64,000 nucleotides of DNA from an uncultured Gammaproteobacteria bacterium (GTDB taxonomy: Bacteria; Patescibacteriota; Microgenomatia; JAMCZE01). The stretch covers positions 162,345 through 226,344 of the forward strand of contig CAZNUP010000001.1 in assembly GCA_964576435.1 (NCBI GenBank). The letters are read 5' to 3'. The notes beneath the pieces were generated by a model. That model was not told the DNA's origin, did not search any database, and was given only the letters and a program-made list of their open reading frames with translations. The translations under genes and the position numbers were made by a program. This document shows, piece by piece, positions 18,596 through 28,419 of this stretch (positions are counted from its first letter, which is position 1; each line of letters begins with the position of its first letter).

Positions 18596-20023
18596 TTAAT
18601 CTAGTGTGCTATGAATAATTCCAAGACCCTCAGTTCCTTTGTGCTTTTGCGCTTCAGTAAATCCAGCATCTGTGTAAATTGGTAAAGTAAAGCTAAATGT
18701 TGCCCCCTTGCCCTTGCCCTCCGATTGGGCGTCAATCGTTCCATTGTGAAGTTCCACAATGGATTTGCTTATAAATAATCCAAGTCCCGTTCCTTGTGCC
18801 GCGTTCTGGTTTGTAATGTAAGAACCTTTGACTAGGCCAAATTTTTGGAAAAGTTTTGGAATATCATTTGAATCTAACCCTTCACCATTGTCAGTTACGT
18901 GAATCCCTACAAACTTTTCATTAAAGTCACACCAAATTTTTACCCACCCACCTTGTTTAGTAAATTTCAAAGAATTACCAATGAAGTTGATTAGTACTTC
19001 TTTAATTTTGTCCGAGTCAGCAAGTACAGGGGGTAGTGGATTTTTACCCGCCTCATTATTAATTGTGATCCCAAGTTCGTCAGCTCTTGGTTTAACTTCA
19101 GCTATAACCTCGTTAACAAAGTTAGCTACATCCAGCTTTTGCATGTCAACTGACAATTTTCCTGATTCAATTCGAGAGACATTAAGAAGGTCATTAACTA
19201 ATTTAATAAGTCTGTCTGTTGAGACATAAGCTCTTTCCAAATAATATTTTTGTTTGTCTGTAATATTTCCGCCCCTTCCAGCAATTGCCATCCACAAATA
19301 AGATTTAATAGCTGTCATTGGAGTTCTAAGTTCATGTGAAGCAACAGAGACGAATTCACTTTTTAGTTTATCAAGCTCATGGAGCCTATTATTTGCTTGG
19401 TCAAGTTTTTGTGAAGTTTGCTCTAAGTTTGAGTATAGCTCCGCATTTTGCACTGCAATGGCAACTATATCTGTAAAACCGCTAAGAAGTTCAAGTTCAG
19501 TCTCTTTTACTTCTGAATAGCCTTTAACCATACTGAATATGACTACTCCCACTGATTTGCCTTTTAATAAAATAGGCAGAATCATACTCGTTTTAATTCC
19601 CGATGCTTCTTGGTTAGTCCTCGCTTCCTGAGGAGATAGCGGAGGTGTCAGAATATCTTTCCAGTCAGTTGTTACATATTTTTTTTGATCTAAAAATGCA
19701 CGCACACAATAATTTTCTGTTTGATCAATTGGAATGACTATTTTTTCAAAAGGTATAGCAGATGCCGCCGTTGCAGCTTTTGCTTCAGGGGTTTGGGACA
19801 AGGATACTCTTTTTAAACCGCCAGACTCTTTGTCATAAAGAGATAAAACAATTATTCTATAGCCAAGATTTAGATAGCCAAGCTCGCTTAAAAGGCTATC
19901 ACAAATTTTCTGGGAGACCTCATTAAAATCCAGAGTGTCTAAGACAACTTTGGAGATTTTCCATAGTGCCTTGGCTAAGTCTTTGGACACAACTTCATCT
20001 TGGGCAGAAGAATCCATGATCAT
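18596..20023 (-). CDS. sensor histidine kinase with N-terminal GAF-like domain
   Basis: HisKA H-box SHELRTPMTAIKSY, an N-box, and a G2 motif GLGLFISKSIVELHNGTI. There are no TM helices, so it is cytoplasmic. Confidence 0.85.
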   Translation of the reverse strand: MIMDSSAQDEVVSKDLAKALWKISKVVLDTLDFNEVSQKICDSLLSELGYLNLGYRIIVLSLYDKESGGLKRVSLSQTPEAKAATAASAIPFEKIVIPIDQTENYCVRAFLDQKKYVTTDWKDILTPPLSPQEARTNQEASGIKTSMILPILLKGKSVGVVIFSMVKGYSEVKETELELLSGFTDIVAIAVQNAELYSNLEQTSQKLDQANNRLHELDKLKSEFVSVASHELRTPMTAIKSYLWMAIAGRGGNITDKQKYYLERAYVSTDRLIKLVNDLLNVSRIESGKLSVDMQKLDVANFVNEVIAEVKPRADELGITINNEAGKNPLPPVLADSDKIKEVLINFIGNSLKFTKQGGWVKIWCDFNEKFVGIHVTDNGEGLDSNDIPKLFQKFGLVKGSYITNQNAAQGTGLGLFISKSIVELHNGTIDAQSEGKGKGATFSFTLPIYTDAGFTEAQKHKGTEGLGIIHSTLD

Positions 20024-20065
20024 ATCTTAGACAAACAGAAGCAAGTTTAAAAGCCGCAATAGGAA

Positions 20066-20953
20066 TTACCTTAGCTTAAAGCGGAGTAATAATTCATCAA
20101 TTACTATTTCGTGGGTATTTAAGCCGCTTAAAAATCTTAAAAGTCTTGCTCTTGCATAAGGTGGATTGTTCTCAACTATTTTTTTAGGAATTTCTGCTGG
20201 AGAAAATTTTGCTGGTGCAGCATTTTCTGTCGATATGTCGGTGTCAATTTGACTCTCAAAGAATCCCACCGGTATATTTCCATGTCTAAATAAAACGAGA
20301 TTATTTTTATCTTGATTATAGTTAAAACCCAAAATGGTGTATGAGCCTTTGACTCTCTCGTAATGATGTTTATGATCAGCCAAATAATAAATCCCAAACG
20401 CTCTGGCCAGTTCAATTGCCTCATCTTCGGAAACAATTTCTTTTTCGCCAGTCCTATTATAAGATGTTATTCCAGGCCATTTGATCCCAGCTCTTTTAAT
20501 ATCACCAAAGAACTTTTCAGCATAAGAATTGCCGTTTGGATCCCAATATTGGATAACCGGATTTCCTGTTGAGTTGTCAAGAACTGCGCTTGGAATTTCA
20601 AACTTTTCTGCCAACTCTTTAACTATTGGCACTCTTAAAAAGCACAGAGCGCCAAATAATGTAGATATTTTCTTATGGTCTCTAAAAGTTTCCTTCCAAC
20701 TTTCTGGAATCCGTTTGAAGTCAATTAGTGGGACCACATCGCTTGAATCCAAAACCAGGGACAAGGGCTTGGAGCTTCTTGCTCCGCCTTTAATTCGCAT
20801 TACTTCATTATTCATAGAACGCGCATCGCCAATTAGGGCATTTACAGCAAGATTTTTCATTCCTATGACTTTACCTTGGGTAATCAATTTGACAGCATGT
20901 CTTTTGTCGGAGACTGACCTTATGGATCCAATGTCTAATATATCAGGAGACAT
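20066..20953 (-). CDS. hypothetical protein
   Basis: 295-aa ORF with no recognised domain and local repeats of H/Y (ADHKHHYERV). Confidence 0.3.
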   Translation of the reverse strand: MSPDILDIGSIRSVSDKRHAVKLITQGKVIGMKNLAVNALIGDARSMNNEVMRIKGGARSSKPLSLVLDSSDVVPLIDFKRIPESWKETFRDHKKISTLFGALCFLRVPIVKELAEKFEIPSAVLDNSTGNPVIQYWDPNGNSYAEKFFGDIKRAGIKWPGITSYNRTGEKEIVSEDEAIELARAFGIYYLADHKHHYERVKGSYTILGFNYNQDKNNLVLFRHGNIPVGFFESQIDTDISTENAAPAKFSPAEIPKKIVENNPPYARARLLRFLSGLNTHEIVIDELLLRFKLR

Positions 20954-21054
20954 AACCTATAACTTTTGACTATCAGACACATTATAACATATAATTGTTT
21001 TACGGATGTGAGAAAAGTTGTATATCTGTAAACTAATAGTCAGTATTAAAAAAA

Positions 21055-22194
21055 ATGATCGCTGTAGCAAACGTTGAAAACAGTTTGGTAAAAGAACTAG
21101 AGCTCCAGGCGATAAAACCACCTGGTCAAGACCAAGTTATAGGGAGCTTTTATAAGGCTGTTTTAGAGAGTATAAATTCTAATCAGTTGTTGGGGAAACT
21201 GGTAACGGGCGTTTCGCAAGAAAGGCAGATGTCACCTCAATTATTTGTAAATTTGCTTTTTAGAGCATTTCAGTTTTATCTAACTGAAAATTATCGTCAA
21301 AAAGACTATCCTATTGGACTAGATAGTGAGTCTCAATGGTCACCGCTTCTAGAAAACGTTTTGTCTGATCGTGATCAATTTAAGACAATAGAAGACTTAC
21401 TTTTAACAGAGCACACAACAACAACAATTTACGAACGTTATGCAAGTTCTGTGGCAATAGCAGTGGCACTATACAATCACTCGAATGTTTCCTGGGTAGA
21501 TTTAGGTTGTGGAGGCGGGTTTGGTTCTTTAGGAGCCGTTCAAGGAGAACCATTTGGTCAGATTGTTGATGATACAAGTAATAAATATTTTACAAATCAG
21601 ATAAATGAATTTAATAATGGCCAATTTAGGATTGGCACTGCAATTGGTATAGATCTATATGACCCAAGATTGGAAAAGACCAAAAGATGGCGACGTGCCT
21701 GCCAATTTTATCCTAAAGAATGGGGACAACGAGAACAAAGAATTGCTGTTGAAGAAAAATTATTGGATGCAGACAAAGTAACCTTCGCTATCGGTGATTT
21801 TACAACTGGTAGAAATCAATATAGTGACGGTCAAGGTGGAGCCGTTGTTATTCCTAAGGGTTCTCAAAACATCGTTGTGCTAAATACCGTCTTATATATG
21901 CATCAGAGTCTTTCACAACAAGAAAACATTTTAGACTATGCCCACAGTCTTATTAAACCTGATGGGGTTATAGTTTTATCTGAGTTTGCAAACAAAGCAG
22001 CTGGTGAAGATGTACTTAACTTTACAGGTGTAGAGTGGGGGACACCATTTAATTATAGAACTTTCATTATCGGTGATATTACCAATAATAAAATTTGGGA
22101 AATTTTTCAATGGGACAGCGGTAGATGTAAAGTTGTTAAAAATGGCGAAGACTTTGAAAAGTTTTTACTAAAAACCCACAGAAGGGCTGTTTAG
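21055..22194 (+). CDS. hypothetical protein, possibly class I SAM-dependent methyltransferase-like
   Basis: 379 aa. VDLGCGGGFGSLG resembles MTase motif I (hhDhGcGxG). Otherwise unrecognised. Confidence 0.3.
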   Translation: MIAVANVENSLVKELELQAIKPPGQDQVIGSFYKAVLESINSNQLLGKLVTGVSQERQMSPQLFVNLLFRAFQFYLTENYRQKDYPIGLDSESQWSPLLENVLSDRDQFKTIEDLLLTEHTTTTIYERYASSVAIAVALYNHSNVSWVDLGCGGGFGSLGAVQGEPFGQIVDDTSNKYFTNQINEFNNGQFRIGTAIGIDLYDPRLEKTKRWRRACQFYPKEWGQREQRIAVEEKLLDADKVTFAIGDFTTGRNQYSDGQGGAVVIPKGSQNIVVLNTVLYMHQSLSQQENILDYAHSLIKPDGVIVLSEFANKAAGEDVLNFTGVEWGTPFNYRTFIIGDITNNKIWEIFQWDSGRCKVVKNGEDFEKFLLKTHRRAV

Positions 22195-22251
22195 TGTTCT
22201 TGCAATCGTTTTCTAGAGGATATACTATGAGAGCAGATTGGTGGTGATTTA

Positions 22252-22656
22252 ATGATAACTTTAGAACAAGCAAAAAAAGCACTAGAAGCCTCTGAAAAAA
22301 AAGCTACAGAGCTGGGTATAGGAGTGTCCACTGCAATAGTCGATGACCATGGAACACTGGTCGCGTTTTCAAGGATGGAAAAGGCTTTTACAATTAGTCC
22401 TAAGTTTGCATTAGCTAAAGCCCTGACATCGGGCACATTAGGAATGCCAACAAAAGACATGGCACCGTTTGCCTTAGAAGGTAAGCCATACCACGATTTA
22501 AACTCTCTTTCGGGTGGCGAGTTAACTACAATTGCTGGAGGGTTTCCTATTGTGATCGATGGGAAATTGGTCGGTGGAATTGGAGTTGGTGGTTCAGCAG
22601 ACGTCGAACAAGATGTTCTTTGTGGGCAAGCCGCATTAAATGCTTTATTAAATTAA
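22252..22656 (+). CDS. GlcG/HbpS-like heme-binding protein (DUF336 family)
   Basis: 134 aa: [24 protein letters not shown] ... [34 protein letters not shown], the DUF336/PduO-C pattern. Confidence 0.6.
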   Translation: MITLEQAKKALEASEKKATELGIGVSTAIVDDHGTLVAFSRMEKAFTISPKFALAKALTSGTLGMPTKDMAPFALEGKPYHDLNSLSGGELTTIAGGFPIVIDGKLVGGIGVGGSADVEQDVLCGQAALNALLN

Positions 22657-22703
22657 CGATAGATAGGCTTGATTTTAATACCTAACTATACTATCGTTTT
22701 GTC

Positions 22704-23090
22704 ATGGCAAAGAAAATTCTCCTGGTTGATGACGACCTCTACATCCGTGATCTCTACGCTGAAGTTCTAAAAGATGAAAACTATGATGTTTTAATTGCAG
22801 CAGATGGCGAAGAGGCCTTAGCAGTAGCTGGTGCAAATACTCCTGATCTCATTCTTCTTGATATCATGATGCCAAAAATGGACGGTATCCAAGTTTTAAG
22901 TAAAGTCAAAGAAAATCCTACTTTAAAAAATATCCCGGTCATTATGCTAACTAACTTTGGTCAAGAAGATCTGATTAAACAAGCTGTCAATCTTGGTTCT
23001 GTAGAGTACCTCCTAAAATATAACATCACACCGGGGGAGATAATTAAAAAGGTGGGTCTCGTCCTAAATCCTGCACAAGTTAATCTTTAA
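22704..23090 (+). CDS. response regulator, receiver domain only (CheY-like)
   Basis: ILLVDDDLYIRDLY ... DLILLDIMMPKMDG ... a conserved K, and 128 aa with no output domain. Confidence 0.85.
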   Translation: MAKKILLVDDDLYIRDLYAEVLKDENYDVLIAADGEEALAVAGANTPDLILLDIMMPKMDGIQVLSKVKENPTLKNIPVIMLTNFGQEDLIKQAVNLGSVEYLLKYNITPGEIIKKVGLVLNPAQVNL

Positions 23091-23095
23091 TCTCT

Positions 23096-23488
23096 ATGGC
23101 TAAAAAAATACTCTTAATTGATGACGACACCTATATTAGAGATCTGTATAACGAGCTTTTAACTAGTGAAGGCTTTGAAATTGATTTAGCAAAAGACGGT
23201 GCTACTGGCCTAGAAAAAATCCAGCAAGGTGGCTATGATTTAGTTCTCCTTGATATCATGCTTCCCAAAATTGATGGCCATGGAGTACTTGTCAAATTAA
23301 AAGAAAACCCGCCTCAAAAACCAAACGGTCCAATAATAATTCTTACCAATTTAGCAAACGACCCCATTGTTGAGGAGTCAGTTAAACTTGGTGCCAAAGC
23401 TTCCTACATTAAGTCTGATCATACCCCAGAAGAGTTCTTGAATATGATTAAGAAGTATTTGGCTACCGACCCCCAACCTGCCCAATAA
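23096..23488 (+). CDS. response regulator, receiver domain only (CheY-like), tandem paralog
   Basis: ILLIDDDTYIRDLY ... DLVLLDIMLPKIDG. 130 aa, about 45% identical to the previous gene by eye. Confidence 0.85.
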   Translation: MAKKILLIDDDTYIRDLYNELLTSEGFEIDLAKDGATGLEKIQQGGYDLVLLDIMLPKIDGHGVLVKLKENPPQKPNGPIIILTNLANDPIVEESVKLGAKASYIKSDHTPEEFLNMIKKYLATDPQPAQ

Positions 23489-24536
23489 GTCCATAAATAG
23501 GGGCTATAATAGCAAGCATCATTCCTCCAACCAAAGCGCCAACAACCACAAGCATTAAAGGTTCCAAAATAACAGTCAAAGTCTTAAGTGTTTCGGAGAC
23601 TTTATAGTCTAAATATTCTGATATATCTAGCATGGCCTTGGGAAGTGATCCACTTTTTTCTCCAACCTCAATAAGTTTCAGCATGATTGTGGGAATATCT
23701 CCTCTCGCACTAGATAATCCCTCGGATAGTTTTTTCCCGGACAACATCATCACTCGGGATTTTTCGATGACATCAGCCATCTGTTTTCTCATCACAACGT
23801 CTTTTGAGAGTTCAAGTGCTGTTGTAATCGGTAACCCTGCTGTCAAAAGTAAATACAAGTTTCTAGAAAATCTAGTCAAATCAATTTCTTTAACGAGTTT
23901 AGATATAAGGGGCAGGTGATAAAAAGCATTAAGCATTGGTTTCCTAAATTTTTTGAAAAGAACCATAAAAATTCCTACAAAAACAGCTAAACCAACCAAA
24001 ACATACCACCCATTTTTTGTAATCATGTCAGACATAAAAATCAAAATCTTTGTAGGCAAGGGGAGTTCCACCCCCAAATTTGAAAACACAGTAGAAATTT
24101 TTGGTATAACTACAATGAGAATCATAAGAAGTACTCCCAAAAACACCAGTGAAATAATAATTGGGTAGATCATTGCTCCTTTAATCTTTCCTGAAAATTC
24201 CACTTCCTTTCGTATGTTGTCAGACAAATCTTTAAGAGCCGTTTCTAAAGTGCCAGCCTCTTCAGAGGCTTTTATAACTGAGACTGTTACCTTGTCGAAC
24301 GAGTTGGGAAATCTAGCAAGAGTCACGTAGACATGATTACCTGACATTAAATCATCTCGAAGCGTTCCCAAAAATATTTTTGAATTACCCGTTGCGTCTG
24401 AAAGTAGCGAGTCAACAGCCTCATATAAAGCAATTCCCGAGCTAAGCATTGTTGTAAGATTTCCAACAATGCTAATTTTCTCGGACGCAGATAATGAAAT
24501 ATCTTTTTTTTGTGGTGTGCCAAAAGGTAAAGTCAT
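23463..24536 (-). CDS. pilC: type IV pilus assembly platform protein PilC (GspF family)
   Basis: 357 aa with the polytopic T2SSF-type repeat (GxSLxxAL...E.SG.L). Its start overlaps the pilB stop. Confidence 0.75.
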   Translation of the reverse strand: MTLPFGTPQKKDISLSASEKISIVGNLTTMLSSGIALYEAVDSLLSDATGNSKIFLGTLRDDLMSGNHVYVTLARFPNSFDKVTVSVIKASEEAGTLETALKDLSDNIRKEVEFSGKIKGAMIYPIIISLVFLGVLLMILIVVIPKISTVFSNLGVELPLPTKILIFMSDMITKNGWYVLVGLAVFVGIFMVLFKKFRKPMLNAFYHLPLISKLVKEIDLTRFSRNLYLLLTAGLPITTALELSKDVVMRKQMADVIEKSRVMMLSGKKLSEGLSSARGDIPTIMLKLIEVGEKSGSLPKAMLDISEYLDYKVSETLKTLTVILEPLMLVVVGALVGGMMLAIIAPIYGLIGQVGGR

Positions 24537-26230
24537 AGGAATTCTGTTGTAGCAACTCGCAATACCTCCTCAATTGTCGTAATCCCTCGAGAAACTTTCT
24601 CGAGTCCGTCATGAAGCATGGTGGTCGTCCCTTCAGCAAGGGCCGCCTTTTTAATAACATCAGAGTCACTTTTGGTCGTGATTAAGTCTCTAATTTTTTG
24701 AGTTACTTCAATAACTTCAAAGACACCAATTCTCCCAACATATCCAGTCCCATCACAAACTTTGCACCCCTTGCCTTTGTAAATTCTAATTTCCTTCTGT
24801 TCTCCAATTGGTACAAAGCTTTCCTGGACAATTTCTGGAGTCAGTTTTTTGCCAAGTTCCTCTTCTGTTATTGTGGTTGATACCCGGCAGGCATCACAAA
24901 TTTTTCGAACCAGTCTTTGAGCAATAATTACATTAACTGTTGATGCAACCAAAAATGGTTCCACTCCCATATCGATAAGTCTGGGGATTGCTGTAGCCGC
25001 ATCGTTAGTGTGAAGAGTTGAAAAAACCAAGTGCCCGGTAAGAGCCGCATTGACTGCAATGTCGGCTGTTTCTCCATCTCGAATTTCTCCCACAAAGATA
25101 ATATTTGGATCCTGTCTAAGGATCGATCTAAGTCCATTTGCAAAAGTTAAGTTTGTTTTTGCATTAACCTGTACTTGATTGGCTCCGTTAATGCGGTATT
25201 CAACAGGATCTTCGATCGTTGTTAAATTTTTCTCCCTTTGGTTTAATATTTTTAGAATGGAATAAATTGATGTTGTCTTTCCGCTCCCAGTAGGTCCAGT
25301 TGATAAAACCATTCCAAAAGATTTCCCAAAAGCTGTATTAGTCACTTTGAGATCTCGCTCGTTCATTCCAAGGTCCACCAAGGTATAGCTTCCTATTTTT
25401 GAAGACAAAAGTCTAAGGACTGCCTTTTCTCCTTCAACAATTGGCAAAATTGAAAGCCGGATGTCCAAATTTTCTTCAGGCAGTTCCACTCGTAGTTTGC
25501 CATCTTGTGCCGAAAGATGTTCATCAGTTCTGAGATTAGATAGGACCTTAAGTCTTGTTATGACCCGGTCATGAAGCCCCTTGTCCATGACAAAAAGATC
25601 ATTAAGCATTCCATCAATTCTGAATCTAATTAGTGAGTTTTTTTCCTGTGGCTCAATGTGAATATCACTTGCCCGATCTTCATAAGCAGATGCAATTAAT
25701 GTGTCAACAATTTTTGTAATAGGGGCTTCAGATAAATAATTTGGTCTAATTCGCCCCGCCTCTTCTTTGATAAGTTCGTCAATAATCTTTTGTAGATTAC
25801 GCTTATATCCTTTAGTTTTTACCTCAATTTCTTCAGGGCTAGAAAAATATAAGAAAACTTTTTGTCCCGTTTTCTGGCCTACTAGCTCAAGTACTGGTTT
25901 AATCTTTTCAGGTTCAGAAGTTGCTAGATGTATTCCTTGCTCGTCTCTTTTAAAAGCAACAATTTTAAATGACTTTGCTACTCGTTCTGGAACAATAGCT
26001 AAAACTTCTTCTGGAATCTCAGTCTTAGCAAGACTAACAAATGGCAGGTTAAATTCCTTAGCTAGAATTTCTGAAAGCTTTGCCTCATTGGCCTTATCCT
26101 CAGAAATAAAAGCTTCATAAAGAGAAGTTTTATTTGTGCTAGCGCGCTTCTCAAGCTCCTCTATTTTTTTACTATCAGCAATTCCGTTGTTCGCAAGAAT
26201 GGACTTAACCTTTTCGTCGGGCAGGTTCAT
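24533..26230 (-). CDS. pilB: type IV pilus assembly ATPase PilB (GspE family)
   Basis: Walker A LSTGPTGSGKTTS, Asp box, Walker B, His box, tetracysteine CKVCDGTG, and an N-terminal T2SSE_N-like domain. Confidence 0.9.
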   Translation of the reverse strand: MNLPDEKVKSILANNGIADSKKIEELEKRASTNKTSLYEAFISEDKANEAKLSEILAKEFNLPFVSLAKTEIPEEVLAIVPERVAKSFKIVAFKRDEQGIHLATSEPEKIKPVLELVGQKTGQKVFLYFSSPEEIEVKTKGYKRNLQKIIDELIKEEAGRIRPNYLSEAPITKIVDTLIASAYEDRASDIHIEPQEKNSLIRFRIDGMLNDLFVMDKGLHDRVITRLKVLSNLRTDEHLSAQDGKLRVELPEENLDIRLSILPIVEGEKAVLRLLSSKIGSYTLVDLGMNERDLKVTNTAFGKSFGMVLSTGPTGSGKTTSIYSILKILNQREKNLTTIEDPVEYRINGANQVQVNAKTNLTFANGLRSILRQDPNIIFVGEIRDGETADIAVNAALTGHLVFSTLHTNDAATAIPRLIDMGVEPFLVASTVNVIIAQRLVRKICDACRVSTTITEEELGKKLTPEIVQESFVPIGEQKEIRIYKGKGCKVCDGTGYVGRIGVFEVIEVTQKIRDLITTKSDSDVIKKAALAEGTTTMLHDGLEKVSRGITTIEEVLRVATTEFL

Positions 26231-26300
26231 AAATTAATAATAGCATCCTCTTGTATAAATAGTAATTGTGATAACGGATAGAATGTATTAAATTTTAATT

Positions 26301-27041
26301 ATGATTGCTGTTCATAAGAAATTGCGCAGAAGTGAAGATATAAAGACTTTTGCTCGCAATTTGAGAAGGCAAGGAAAATCATATTCTGAGATAGTTAACG
26401 AACTTCAAGTTCCAAGAAGTACTTTGCACCTTTGGCTTAAAGATATCAGCATTCCAATAAGATTTACCGGTGAGGCTAGAAAATCTTGGTGGAAAAGTAT
26501 GCAAAGATTGGCTGTAGAAGCAAATAAAAAAAAGTATACATCTATCTATTCCAAAATAGACGAAAAAATCTTATTAGAACAAAAAAGTCTGACAATAGAT
26601 GTAGATTTTTGTAAGTCATTACTATCAGCGATATATTGGACTGAAGGATCTAAAGGTCGCCACAGCATAGTGGTATTTGCAAATACAGATCCCGGCCTGA
26701 CTCTTCTTTTTGTAACTCTGCTGCGAAAATGTTATAAGATAGACGAATCGAAATTTAGGGTCAGATTGCATCTTCATGATTACCATAACGAAGAAAAAGT
26801 TAAAACCTTTTGGTCCCATTTGCTCAAAATTCCACAGGACCAATTCACAAAAACATATAGGAAAGAAAGAAGTAAAGAAAAAACTTTTCGTCGTAATTTT
26901 GGAGGAATCTGCTTTGTGAACTATAATAGTGTCTATCTCAGGGCAGAAATAGCCCAATACGGTAAATTTCTTGGACAAAAAATTACAGGCAAAATTAATG
27001 TACCTGAGGTTTCAAGTAATTGGGATAGCGTGTCCTCGTAG
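26301..27041 (+). CDS. hypothetical protein with N-terminal HTH; possibly degenerate LAGLIDADG-like
   Basis: 246 aa. The N-terminal GKSYSEIVNELQVPRSTLHLW is an HTH. LLSAIYWTEGSKG loosely resembles a LAGLIDADG motif. The stop codon overlaps the first 10 nt of tRNA-Arg. Confidence 0.3.
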   Translation: MIAVHKKLRRSEDIKTFARNLRRQGKSYSEIVNELQVPRSTLHLWLKDISIPIRFTGEARKSWWKSMQRLAVEANKKKYTSIYSKIDEKILLEQKSLTIDVDFCKSLLSAIYWTEGSKGRHSIVVFANTDPGLTLLFVTLLRKCYKIDESKFRVRLHLHDYHNEEKVKTFWSHLLKIPQDQFTKTYRKERSKEKTFRRNFGGICFVNYNSVYLRAEIAQYGKFLGQKITGKINVPEVSSNWDSVSS

Positions 27042-27106
27042 CTCAACGGATAGAGTACGGCCCTGCGAAGGTTGAGATGCCAGTTCGATTCTGGCCGGGG
27101 ACGCCA
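27032..27106 (+). tRNA. tRNA-Arg with anticodon GCG as folded by hand (CCA encoded)
   Basis: GTCCTCG/CGGGGAC acceptor with one G-U pair, D-arm GCTC-AACGGATA-GAGT, anticodon stem CGGCC/GGTTG with loop CTGCGAA, T-arm GCCAG-TTCGATT-CTGGC, discriminator G, then CCA. Confidence 0.7.
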
Positions 27107-27111
27107 AAGAA

Positions 27112-27193
27112 GGAGGATGGGCAGGGCGGTAATGCGCTGGTTTCGAAAACCAGTGAGAGCAATCTCTAACAGGTTCGACTCCTGTATCCTCCG
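27112..27193 (+). tRNA. tRNA-Ser(CGA), type II
   Basis: GGAGGAT/ATCCTCC acceptor, anticodon stem CTGGT/ACCAG with loop TTCGAAA, long variable arm, T-arm ACAGG-TTCGACT-CCTGT, discriminator G. Confidence 0.75.
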
Positions 27194-27240
27194 CAAAAAG
27201 GCTCTTGCAAAAGAAAGTTTAAGTTGTGAGAATATATCTA

Positions 27241-27647
27241 TGGACTACAACTACAACAGTGATGTGATGTATCAAACCAATTCTTCCGCAGCAATGGGAC
27301 CATTTTTCTGGGTCGTACTAGTTTTAGAACTTGTTCTACTTATAGCCATAATAGTTGGCTTTTGGAAGATGTTTGTCAAAGCTGGTAAGCCAGGCTGGGC
27401 ATCTCTCATTCCGTTTTACAATATTTATGTGCTTCTTAAAATAGTAGGTAAGCCTGGTTGGTGGCTACTTCTTTATTTCATTCCATTAGTAAACATTGTC
27501 GTAATGATCCTAGTCATGCTGGATCTAGCTAAGGCATTTGGGCGAAGTGTTCTTTTTGCAATCTTTGGTTTGATAATCTTTACTCCAATTGGAATCCTTA
27601 TCTTAGGGTTTGGTAATTCCAAATACATCGCTCCAAAGGCTAAATAA
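27241..27647 (+). CDS. small polytopic membrane protein (DUF5684-like, tentative)
   Basis: The ORF track begins at 27072, inside the tRNAs, so I trimmed it to the Met at 27241 (MDYNYNSD...). It has 3-4 TM helices with repeated GKPGW motifs. Confidence 0.4.
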
Positions 27648-27727
27648 ACATTTCTTTTATCCTTCACATAAACCGTTAACAAGTCTTTTTATAAGTTTAA
27701 ACTTTCGTGATAACATGCAAAGAAGAA

Positions 27728-27800
27728 GCCCCCGTAGCTTAACTGGATAGAGTATGGCCCTCCGAAGGCTGAGATGTGGATTCAACTTCCGCCGGGGGCA
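27728..27800 (+). tRNA. tRNA-Arg(CCG)
   Basis: GCCCCCG/CGGGGGC acceptor, anticodon stem TGGCC/GGCTG with loop CTCCGAA, T-arm GTGGA-TTCAACT-TCCGC, discriminator A. It is a paralog of the 27032 tRNA. Confidence 0.75.
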
Positions 27801-28380
27801 CATTTTTAGATAGTCCCGTATTCTCCTTAGGTTTATCTGTAAAGTCCTTTTTGATCATTTTGTCGAGTGGAAACTTGCGGCTAAACCAATCTGCCATTCT
27901 TTCAGGTACTGTTTTTTCGACATTCTCAATATATGGCAAATATTCTGCAAGAATATTTCTAATTTCCTTCCAATTGTCAGGGTGAACCATAATCATTAGT
28001 TGTCCAAAAACATTTTTAGTTGCGACATGTAAAAAGACGTCATTTTTTTTGTGCGAAAACCAAAATGGTCCCAAGTCAGCCCACACATAACTTCTTCCCA
28101 TAGAAATAATTCCTCTGTTTGTAATTTTGTGTTCTACCTCAGTTGGAGGGACTTTGTTAAGGGCATAAAACAAGAAAAAAGACGCCCATACAACCACAAT
28201 TGCTAACCATTCCTGAATAAAAGCCAGTATAAGTGAAACTAAAACTGCAATCGCTCCAATAGTTCGAATTGCTTCGGTTGAGAAACTCCATGCCGGCCTA
28301 TTAAGTGAATGCCACGCAATCAAATCAACCACTTCAAATGGATCTGGTCTCTCTTGTGGGGATGGTTGCACTTCCTCCAT
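27739..28380 (-). CDS. hypothetical membrane protein
   Basis: 213 aa with 2-3 TM helices. The 3' 62 nt of the ORF run antisense across tRNA-Arg(CCG), so the true C-terminus is uncertain. Confidence 0.3.
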   Translation of the reverse strand: MEEVQPSPQERPDPFEVVDLIAWHSLNRPAWSFSTEAIRTIGAIAVLVSLILAFIQEWLAIVVVWASFFLFYALNKVPPTEVEHKITNRGIISMGRSYVWADLGPFWFSHKKNDVFLHVATKNVFGQLMIMVHPDNWKEIRNILAEYLPYIENVEKTVPERMADWFSRKFPLDKMIKKDFTDKPKENTGLSKNVPPAEVESTSQPSEGHTLSS

Positions 28381-28419
28381 CGCTTAAATATACCGCAAAC
28401 TTCCAAGAAGATGCAACCT

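Noticed and set aside
27072-27240. N-terminal 56 codons of the track ORF 27072..27647 (MRCQFDSGRGRQRRR...)
   Set aside because: This stretch is an in-frame read-through of the tRNA-Arg and tRNA-Ser genes. The real gene most likely starts at the Met at 27241, where the hydrophobic membrane protein begins.
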